This document shows positions 56,201 to 63,359 of a DNA stretch of 63,359 nt, piece after piece. Origin of the DNA: a virus (Duplodnaviria > Caudoviricetes). Each line of letters opens with the position of its first letter. Position 1 is the stretch's first letter. The translations under genes were made by a program, and so were the position numbers. The notes beneath the pieces were generated by a model. That model saw nothing but the letters and a program-made list of their open reading frames with translations, was not told the DNA's origin and did no database searches. The DNA lies in IMG/VR virus record IMGVR_UViG_3300030372_003104, positions 1 through 63,359 of that record. One strand, 5' to 3'.

Positions 56201-59200
56201 CATGGTCAGTTGCTACTTAATCAGTCAGGAGGTGTAACCAGAATTGCCCTCAACACTGGTGGAGCAGACAGTTATATCAATGCAGGTAAATTTGGTATAG
56301 GAACCACAACACCTGATGTATTACTCACTGTAAAGGCTAATAACACAACAGGCCCGACAATAGGTTTACATAATTCCGAATACCAAGCGTGGATAAATTC
56401 TTGGGGTTCTACAGCATCATCAGGACGGCAATCACGGTTTGAAATCAATGCTAGTAATACAGACTTTGCTGTTGCTGGAAATACCATAAGATTCCAAATA
56501 GCAACTGTAGGAGATGCTTATGAGAAGATGCGGATACACTCTGATGGCAAAGTAGGTATTGGGACTGGTAGCCCTGCAAGAAAACTTTCAGTCAATTCAG
56601 GTGAGATAATTACTGCAATGTTTGAAAGTACCTCAAATCAATCGAGAGTATCTTTCAACGACTCTGGCACTTCGGGTAATAATTATGTAGGTGCTGGTTC
56701 TTCTGGTGATAACTTAACATTGTTTGCAGGGGCAGCAGAAAAGGCAAGGCTAACCTCTGGAGGTAAATTAGGAATAGGTACTACTAACCCTGCTGAATTA
56801 CTCCATGTGGAGGGTAGCAATGCAACTATTAATGTTCGAGAAAGCGGTGCTGCTACGGTTAAAATGCGAGCAGGATCTGTTGGTAGAATAGGAACATATT
56901 CAGATAATGATTTCTCTATTGTTAGCAATAGCACGGATCAAGTTCGTATTAAAAGTGACGGCAAGGTTGGTATAGGGTATACAACCCCTGCCCAAAAGCT
57001 GCATGTTGCTGGAACTATAAGAACACACACTAATGCTACTACAAAATACATAGATTTATTTGGAGGTAACTCTGGAAATTTTATAGATACTTATGGGAAC
57101 AGTTTATTCATAAGGTATGGGGGAGACACTAGTAAAAGTATTGTTCTAAATGGCTCTGGTAACGTAGGTATTGGTGCAACGCCACAATCAAAATTTCATG
57201 TTACTGGTGGAGATATTAGAATAGATAACAACCAACAGTATTTGGCAGAGACTGCTGGTGGTGGGGTGATAGGTGTTGCTAAGATGGATGGTTCAGACAA
57301 CCTCTTGATTGGTGATGGTAACCTGAAGATTGATGTAACTGGCACTACGGCAAGATTGATCATTGATTCTAGTGGAAACACAACTCTAGCAGGTGACCTC
57401 ACAGTACAGGGAGACATCTCTACTACAGGATCATTTACAATTGTAGACACTGATGTAAGTACAACAGAACAACTTTCAATTACTAATAACGGAACTGGCC
57501 CTGCACTGATTGTAAATCAGACTGGAGTGCAGCCAATAGTAGACTTTAAGGATGACGGCACATCTGTATTCTACATAAAGGACGGGGGTAATGTAGGTAT
57601 AGGAGTTACAAATCCAATATCCACACTCCATTTAGAAGGGCATGGAAGTACAGGGGGTTTACGTATTGATAACGGAAGTGGTGGTAGTGATAGTGTTAAT
57701 TTTTACCACGTTGATGGTGGTAATGATTCTGATTTTTTTATTACATATTCAGGTACTGGAGGAGCTGAGATTACTCTAAAGGCTGATGGTGATACTATTC
57801 TTAATGGCTCTAATGGAGATAATGTAGGTATAGGTGAATCTAGCCCTGACGAAAAATTAGAAGTTGCAGGAAATATTTTAGCAAAAGATTCTGGAGTTCT
57901 AGCTGGAGTAAATGGTGCAAAAGATGGGTTTATATTCCATGATCTTTACACAAGTGGAGGCAATTATTATGGCTATAAAGGATTCACTAGCCCAGCAAGA
58001 CTTTCAACAGTAACAGATGGAGTAGAAAGATTAACTGTTGATGCTAATGGCAAGGTAGGTATAGCAACGACCTCTCCTGCTACGAAATTACAAATTGATG
58101 AGTACACAGTAGGGTCTAATGGAAGTCAGTCTGTAACTGGCACTGCGTCTATATTTACGAATAGCGGTAGTGATGGTTTATATCTAGGTGTTAAGAATGC
58201 CAGTTACCCAAATAGGGGTTATGCCTTCAAAGTCACTAGCAACGGTGTTAACTCTGACTTTACGATTAAAGAGCATGGTTTATCTGGTGATAGGTTTAAG
58301 ATTTTTACAGGGGGTAAGATTGAGCAGAACTATATAAGCTATACAGATTCATCAAACTATGAAGCTTTGCAGATAAGTGGTGAGTCTGATCATATTAGGT
58401 TTACTACTAAGTCCATTGGTTCTTTTGTGAGTAATAATAGAAACTTTAAGTTTTATGTAGGTTCAAATCTAAGAGCTGAAATTAGTCCGAACGGAATATT
58501 TGCATATAGTAATTTTTACACTTCAAGTGGTGGAGCATTTAGGGCGCATGGACACGATAGTATTATTTCAACAGGTGGGGGCGATTATGACATAAAATTT
58601 AATCTTAATGATCAAGAGAAGGTTAGATTCAAAGCTAATGGCAACGTAGGCATAGGGAACACCGACCCAACACAGGCAAAACTTCAAGTAAGTGGAGGCT
58701 CTGTTTTAATTGATGCTTACAATGCAACTGGCACTCATGGCTTATTCTTTAGATCTGGGTTCGTAACTTCAAATCAATACAATTTATCAATCACTTGTCA
58801 TAATGATGGTGATGGAAGTCCAGATGCTCTAGATATAAATGCTTATGATGGCATCTATTTCAATACAGGGGCTAACACTCGTGACACTCAAGCTTCAATA
58901 AATTCAGCAGGTAAGTTCTGCATTAACCAAGGGGATACTAGTTCTGACTTTTTACAAGTAACAGGAGCAAATGGTCTTTACGCAGCTAGATTTAATGGTT
59001 CTGCTACAGGTGGTAATAGTTATGGATTAAGGGTCAGGGCAGGAACAAATGAGAATGATATAAGTTTCCTAGCTGAAAACACTTCTGGAGTTGATTTATT
59101 TAGGGTAAGTGGAAATGGAAATGTCGCTATTGGAAACGTAACTCCAACAAGTAAGCTTTATGTTCATTCAGGTGCTTTCTCTAGTGGAGAGGGCGAAATT

Positions 59201-60085
59201 AGAAATGATGCTAGAGTTAACAGGAATTACAAGTTAGCACTAGGTACAACGACCAAGTACATTGGTACAGTCCAAATGAATGGCAATGGTGACTCTTCAG
59301 GTTTCCATGTGCGGATATATGATGGGCATAGTAAAGTTTGGAGAGAGGTAAATGTAGTTGTACAAAATTCAGGTGGTACAAATAATACCAAGGTAATTGT
59401 CGAGGGAGGTGGAGATGATGTAAACATTAACGTAGAGTTTGCCTATGTAAATAGATCAGGGGCAGCTCAAAAGACTGACTTCTATTTAGTCCCAACATCA
59501 AACAAAGCTTATACACAATTAATTTTTGTTGATGGATTTATTGAAAGAGACACAGGTCATAGTAGTACAAGCTCGACTAATATAAATTTAGATACTGCGG
59601 TTGGGATATATAAAGCAGCTACGGACGATTCAAGCAGAATTGGAATTGGAACTAATAATCCTTCCGAAAAGTTACACGTTCTTGGAAATGCAAGGATAGG
59701 TAACAATACAACTAATGGACATCTAATAGGCAGAAAAGATTATTCATTAGATCACAATTTCTCTACAGGGTTAACAGTCGAATTAGGTAACCACAAAGCT
59801 TGTCATGTAAAAGTATTCATATCAGGTGATTGGAGCAACCATAGTTCGATTGCTTATGTTGGTGAGTTTTTTATACAGAACACTGGCGATATAGGATCGT
59901 ACAATGAACCAGGAATTATCCTAACAGAACACGATAATTTACCAAGTGATCAAATAGAATCTAAAATTGTAGATGGAACTTCAGACTCATTTGAGATTCA
60001 ATTTAAAACTTCAACACAAGTAAGTAGCACAATAGGAGCAAGACTTTGTTACCACGTAATGGGAGACGCAACATCAGTATCATAA
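53210..60085 (+). CDS. Giant tail fibre/adhesin (2291 aa) with 14 GIGT-type repeats
   Basis: PTAPTA..TTQ.ATTAFV, SP.TLNTL.ELAAAL.DD.NFA, GSGLDAD.LDG and xVGIGxxxP repeats. Confidence 0.85.
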   Translation: MASEGKYFKGDIHTLGNVGIGNLSASYKLDVTGAANISGNLSVGGIPTAPTASAGTDTTQLATTAFVRTEVANLVDSSPDTLNTLNELAAALNDDANFAGTITTSIATKLPLAGGTLTGVLTIPDGSASAPSLRFASHNTGLFATSGTIQFSVDGAQKAYISTAGVLSSANLYTSNTGEFRNYGGTWKATTGLTGNGFQFINSVDGTAMTLSSAGVLNVTGNITLGGTVDGRDVAADGSKLDGIDAGAKDDQTAAEILGLLTSVDGAGSGLDADTLDGINGASFLRSDTNDDFSGTLNYTPDTGTILSVDGQAILQRMTANGAITIGHDDAVIIAAGETSGVLNSNIANNVERVIVGAEGGFYAYAFPSNDTSWSNRKTLKWDGTDLSVLGYNVWHENNDGSGSGLDADTLDGSHASTFAAASDLSTHVAATNPHNITASTVSLGNVTNESKATMFTSAALTGTPTAPTASAGTNTTQIATTAFVNAAVALENTLAEMDDVVISSLANGELLQYNSGLARWINATPTEAGILPLAGGTMTGNIVLLDGTVSSPSLTFTSGTNTGIYWSNYTTSPQKDQLNFAVDGATKGWVNEAGVFSNANVYVANGHSVRTFQEWQATTGGSGYGFKFRNTADAIDSMTISYAGNAVTNGSITSTEGYFNSSTLSLHGTSSVNYLSSQSASRDLQIRNTGANKDIVFKTKDSSGENETLRFRGSVNHIVASGDIEARFGTNSRTFNLYETYTDSSNYERSFFKHASSFLEIGTEALGTGTASGLKLKTGGNAAITIGTDQKVKVGGGTNTPSLGGGTVFRVDMTQGAGNYASIAILGGNTGRSSLFFGDLHAEQRGALDYRHGDDSLSISTAAGERMRILSDGKVGIGTTSPNYLLDVEGSGANMRVRNTATDAVTQIVMRSGGSSGENQIIFGDDDDDNRGMIRYRHNGDSLAFDVADAERMRILSTGNVGIGTTTAPHLLSVKGTISRLNSSGIQVINLGTTSDHGQLLLNQSGGVTRIALNTGGADSYINAGKFGIGTTTPDVLLTVKANNTTGPTIGLHNSEYQAWINSWGSTASSGRQSRFEINASNTDFAVAGNTIRFQIATVGDAYEKMRIHSDGKVGIGTGSPARKLSVNSGEIITAMFESTSNQSRVSFNDSGTSGNNYVGAGSSGDNLTLFAGAAEKARLTSGGKLGIGTTNPAELLHVEGSNATINVRESGAATVKMRAGSVGRIGTYSDNDFSIVSNSTDQVRIKSDGKVGIGYTTPAQKLHVAGTIRTHTNATTKYIDLFGGNSGNFIDTYGNSLFIRYGGDTSKSIVLNGSGNVGIGATPQSKFHVTGGDIRIDNNQQYLAETAGGGVIGVAKMDGSDNLLIGDGNLKIDVTGTTARLIIDSSGNTTLAGDLTVQGDISTTGSFTIVDTDVSTTEQLSITNNGTGPALIVNQTGVQPIVDFKDDGTSVFYIKDGGNVGIGVTNPISTLHLEGHGSTGGLRIDNGSGGSDSVNFYHVDGGNDSDFFITYSGTGGAEITLKADGDTILNGSNGDNVGIGESSPDEKLEVAGNILAKDSGVLAGVNGAKDGFIFHDLYTSGGNYYGYKGFTSPARLSTVTDGVERLTVDANGKVGIATTSPATKLQIDEYTVGSNGSQSVTGTASIFTNSGSDGLYLGVKNASYPNRGYAFKVTSNGVNSDFTIKEHGLSGDRFKIFTGGKIEQNYISYTDSSNYEALQISGESDHIRFTTKSIGSFVSNNRNFKFYVGSNLRAEISPNGIFAYSNFYTSSGGAFRAHGHDSIISTGGGDYDIKFNLNDQEKVRFKANGNVGIGNTDPTQAKLQVSGGSVLIDAYNATGTHGLFFRSGFVTSNQYNLSITCHNDGDGSPDALDINAYDGIYFNTGANTRDTQASINSAGKFCINQGDTSSDFLQVTGANGLYAARFNGSATGGNSYGLRVRAGTNENDISFLAENTSGVDLFRVSGNGNVAIGNVTPTSKLYVHSGAFSSGEGEIRNDARVNRNYKLALGTTTKYIGTVQMNGNGDSSGFHVRIYDGHSKVWREVNVVVQNSGGTNNTKVIVEGGGDDVNINVEFAYVNRSGAAQKTDFYLVPTSNKAYTQLIFVDGFIERDTGHSSTSSTNINLDTAVGIYKAATDDSSRIGIGTNNPSEKLHVLGNARIGNNTTNGHLIGRKDYSLDHNFSTGLTVELGNHKACHVKVFISGDWSNHSSIAYVGEFFIQNTGDIGSYNEPGIILTEHDNLPSDQIESKIVDGTSDSFEIQFKTSTQVSSTIGARLCYHVMGDATSVS

Positions 60086-60086
60086 A

Positions 60087-63000
60087 ATGGCAGACCAAAC
60101 TATACCATCAATAAAGAATTTAAGAGGCAATATCGGAATCGGGATTGCGATCCCTACGAAAAAGCTAGAAGTAAGTAGTAGTGGAGCAGATGTTACTACA
60201 ATTAAAGCATCATACAATTCTACAAATTATTTAGAGTTAGCACATAATAGAATAAATGCAGTTTCTTCTGGTGGAAACGATTCTATTCTTTTGCAAACGG
60301 CAGGTACGACTCGTGCCACAATCAACCAAGTTGGAAACGTAGGTATAGGAACTACAAGCCCCGTATCTAAATTAACAGTTGAAAGCAGTGCTAACGCATT
60401 AGCTGATGTCGATGAGCCAGAAAACCATCACTTGCTTTTAAGAAATCCTGCAAACGATACCACTGAAGGTGTTGGTATGGGCTTTTTAGTTTCTGAACTT
60501 ACTAATGATGTTGGTGCTTCTATAGTATGTAAAAGAGTTGGTAATAATGCACAAAGTGAACTTCAATTTTGGAATAAACAAAACACAACTAGTGATGGAG
60601 TTATAACTCAATCAATGACTATTGCTGAGGATGGTAATGTAGGTATAGGCGAATCAAACCCTGAACAAAAGCTTCACATTAAAGGGGATCGGTTAAGGAT
60701 AGAGGAAAGCGTAAACGCTAGACATTTAGATATCATACCTGCCGTTAGTGGGCAGCCCCATAAGTTTACAAGCACAACTACTGGTTCTGGATATCAGTTT
60801 GAAAATAGTTCTGGCACTATCGCAATACTAGACGCAAATGGTTCAGCTTTTTATCAAGACCTAACAATATCCGCATCAAATTTAAAACTTAGCTCTGCCC
60901 ATTATGTGCAGTTTGGTAGTGCTAATGCTAGAATCCAAGGAAGTAATGGTTCTAACTATTTAAAGTTTTATACGGGTGGTACAGAAAGATTAGCTATAAC
61001 TAATACAGAAGCTACTTTCAGTGGTGACCTTGTAGTTACAGGCGGTCTAACCATCAATGGCACGACCACAACGCTGAACAGCACGACTCTTCAGGTTGAT
61101 GACAAGAACATTGAGCTAGGAACTGTAGCTACTCCATCTGACACAACTGCTGATGGGGGTGGTATTACTCTCAAAGGTGCTAGTGATTATACAATCAACT
61201 GGACTAATTCAACTAACTCATGGCACTTTAACCAAGGGATTACAGTTGGGGAGAATGGAACAGGACATGATGTGGTTTTCTATGGCGATACCTCAGATCG
61301 TTATATGACATGGGATCAGTCTGCTGATAAGTTGCACCTTAGAGATAGTGTTCAGTTGACTCTTGGAACGCACAATGATTTACAACTGTCCCATGATGGA
61401 GTTCATGGGCATGTCTTATATGGAGGCCCGAATAATTTTCAAATTTCAGGAAATTCTGTCATTTTAATAGGGTATAATGATGGCAGTACTTATGGTGAAA
61501 CTGCGATGACCATGACAAAAAATGGAGCGGTATCAATTAGGCACGATAATTCGCAGAAATTCACTACAGATGCAGGTGGCATCACTGTCACTGGAAAGAT
61601 GACCTCTGACTCAATTACCACAGCGTTAAGCTTGGAGATGTTTGCATCTAGTGGGCATAATTACATCTCCTCACAATCTTCAGGTAGTAATTTATACATA
61701 AGAAACACAGGAGGAGGTCAGATTCTTATAAGACCTAAAACGGGCGAAGACGGGATAAAACTCATACCTGATGGAGCAGTAGAGTTATACCACGATAATG
61801 CTCTCAAACTAACCACTACAGCAGGGGGAGCTGATATAGCGGGTACATTCGGTACAGGTCATATAAATTTAGATGGCGAGCTAAACTTCACAACGAATGG
61901 TAGCAAGTACATAGATGTTAACACTCTAGCTAACAGCAACACCTTTAATATTAGACACCACAACCCAAGTGGAAATTTATATGAAATGGCTTTCCAGTCA
62001 GCAGCTAATGGAGCCACAACTCTCTATTATGATGGAGCAGTTAAATTCGCCACCACGACTGATGGAATCCAGTTACATGGGAATGGTTACTTGGATATGC
62101 CTGACAATGGGCGTATTCGGATGGGGACTAGCCAAGATTTTGCAATCTACCATAATTCATCTGATAATAAGTCAGTCATAGAGGAGATAGGTTCTGGTAA
62201 TTTATCCATAAGAGGAACTAACATTGAGTTGAACAATGCTGCTAATAATAAAACTTATTTATTAGCTACTGATGGAGGTTCAGTACAGCTCAGGCATAAT
62301 GATTCCACTAAGCTAGAGACTACCTCAACAGGTGTCGCTGTAACAGGTAACTTATCTGCTTCAAGCTTAACAGTAGATGGCAGCCCACAAGCAGGAGAGG
62401 TAAGATTTAGTGCTACTGGAATAAACAACTCTACATATACAACGCTTTGTACTGTAGTTGGAAACAACCTTGCATCGATCATTGATATGACGATCACGGG
62501 AACTAGTAATAATGTTGTTCTAAACTCTTCTTTTGAAATACTAGTAAACCATTCTCAAGACATCCATGTTAAATCTGTAAGTGGTGACTATAAAGAAGTC
62601 ACACTTAGGATAACCAGTGACAATAATGAAGATTTTTCTATTGAGGCTAAACACAATGGTAGTACGACTACAACGATAGAAGTTTGTATTTTCCCACGAG
62701 CAGGTGAAACGATTACACCTACATCCACAGATCCTAATTACACAGGTACTGAATATGTACACACAGCTACTGAAGGTTTTAGATTTGGCGGAACTGATGG
62801 AACTACTGAGTCTTCTAACTTGATAGTTGACGGTAAAATTGGTATAGGTACTACGAGTCCAGCAGAAAAGCTCCATGTGGAGGAAGGTTATATACTTGCT
62901 GATGGAGCGTCTACAAGTCACGGATTTGAATTAAGAAGAGATTCTTCTGACACTTTCCAAATAAGACATTTAGGCGGTAATTTTACTATAAATAACCTTA

Positions 63001-63359
63001 CAGATAACCGTAAAGATTTATCCATTGATGGTGATGGTAAAGTTGGTATAGGAACTTCAACCCCATCATCGTTATTAAATTTAAGTGATGCCTCAAACAA
63101 CCTTTCTCATCAGATAGGATTCTCCTATGTAAGCGGAGGAACTGAGACAGATGCTTTTACTATTGGTAGAAATAATTCTACAGGAAATCTAGAGTTTCAT
63201 TCTGATATAAACAATCATGGTTTCGAGTTCAAGCACAACGCTGCTGGTACTCAAGAGTTCAACATTCTAAACATGAATGTTGGTATAGGAACCACAACCC
63301 CAAGTAGCACATTACATGTTTATGATTCAGCAGGGCCGACTATAAAGTTTGAAAGAAGC
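60087..63359 (+). CDS. N-terminal half of the second giant tail fibre (runs off the window end and joins 1..3470)
   Basis: ATG 1 bp after the previous stop (MADQTIPSIKNLRGNIGIGIAIP...). Contains GIGT repeats and is in frame with the start-of-window ORF. Frame spot-checked at both ends rather than codon by codon. Confidence 0.85.
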   Translation, partial: MADQTIPSIKNLRGNIGIGIAIPTKKLEVSSSGADVTTIKASYNSTNYLELAHNRINAVSSGGNDSILLQTAGTTRATINQVGNVGIGTTSPVSKLTVESSANALADVDEPENHHLLLRNPANDTTEGVGMGFLVSELTNDVGASIVCKRVGNNAQSELQFWNKQNTTSDGVITQSMTIAEDGNVGIGESNPEQKLHIKGDRLRIEESVNARHLDIIPAVSGQPHKFTSTTTGSGYQFENSSGTIAILDANGSAFYQDLTISASNLKLSSAHYVQFGSANARIQGSNGSNYLKFYTGGTERLAITNTEATFSGDLVVTGGLTINGTTTTLNSTTLQVDDKNIELGTVATPSDTTADGGGITLKGASDYTINWTNSTNSWHFNQGITVGENGTGHDVVFYGDTSDRYMTWDQSADKLHLRDSVQLTLGTHNDLQLSHDGVHGHVLYGGPNNFQISGNSVILIGYNDGSTYGETAMTMTKNGAVSIRHDNSQKFTTDAGGITVTGKMTSDSITTALSLEMFASSGHNYISSQSSGSNLYIRNTGGGQILIRPKTGEDGIKLIPDGAVELYHDNALKLTTTAGGADIAGTFGTGHINLDGELNFTTNGSKYIDVNTLANSNTFNIRHHNPSGNLYEMAFQSAANGATTLYYDGAVKFATTTDGIQLHGNGYLDMPDNGRIRMGTSQDFAIYHNSSDNKSVIEEIGSGNLSIRGTNIELNNAANNKTYLLATDGGSVQLRHNDSTKLETTSTGVAVTGNLSASSLTVDGSPQAGEVRFSATGINNSTYTTLCTVVGNNLASIIDMTITGTSNNVVLNSSFEILVNHSQDIHVKSVSGDYKEVTLRITSDNNEDFSIEAKHNGSTTTTIEVCIFPRAGETITPTSTDPNYTGTEYVHTATEGFRFGGTDGTTESSNLIVDGKIGIGTTSPAEKLHVEEGYILADGASTSHGFELRRDSSDTFQIRHLGGNFTINNLTDNRKDLSIDGDGKVGIGTSTPSSLLNLSDASNNLSHQIGFSYVSGGTETDAFTIGRNNSTGNLEFHSDINNHGFEFKHNAAGTQEFNILNMNVGIGTTTPSSTLHVYDSAGPTIKFERS

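Noticed and set aside
187-63100. Numerous short antisense or alternate-frame ORFs in the track (e.g. 608..790, 9914..10333, 16700..17176, 22372..22716, 61969..62181)
   Set aside because: They lie wholly within well-supported genes and have shadow-ORF composition.
53210-63359. Diversity-generating retroelement or invertase shufflon acting on the fibres
   Set aside because: No reverse transcriptase, TR/VR pair with adenine-specific differences, invertase or inverted cassettes were seen.
1-63359. tRNA or rRNA genes
   Set aside because: No cloverleaf with a T-loop GTTCRA and matching D-arm was recognised in intergenic DNA. tRNAscan-SE was not run.

Overview
This window appears to be an essentially complete ~63 kb tailed dsDNA bacteriophage genome, podovirus-like in that it has ejection-type proteins and no tape measure or sheath gene. 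The host is probably Gram-negative, given the spanin-like lipoprotein pair, sigma70-like promoters and lack of Shine-Dalgarno sites. The contig ends overlap, so the sequence closes into a circle. However, the two copies of the overlap differ by one in-frame 237-bp module of a giant tail-fibre gene. Modules, in order: long GIGT-repeat fibres (53210-63359 joined to 1-3470); lysis (holins, spanins, amidase; 4352-5551); replication on the minus strand (primase/helicase, PolA, SSB-like, Cas4-like nuclease, HNH, SF2 helicase, RuvC; 6368-16395); terminase; putative ejection proteins including a 2.3-kaa polyvalent protein (16401-27433); a minus-strand early/host-takeover region (27595-37146); a non-coding divergence region (37150-38320); and portal, scaffold, major capsid and tail genes (39282-53210). 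The most striking unexplained features are: (1) about 16 copies of the 19-bp palindrome TTAACAACT-C-AGTTGTTAA that punctuate the early genes, usually on or next to their stop codons, some pairing into long hairpins; (2) the gain/loss of a fibre module at a GIGT repeat; (3) a S-F-x-D-A-[ILV]-E peptide shared by the scaffold and two small capsid-region proteins, a candidate capsid-loading tag. No integrase, reverse transcriptase, tRNA or CRISPR array was recognised. All family assignments come from motifs recognised by eye, not from database searches.
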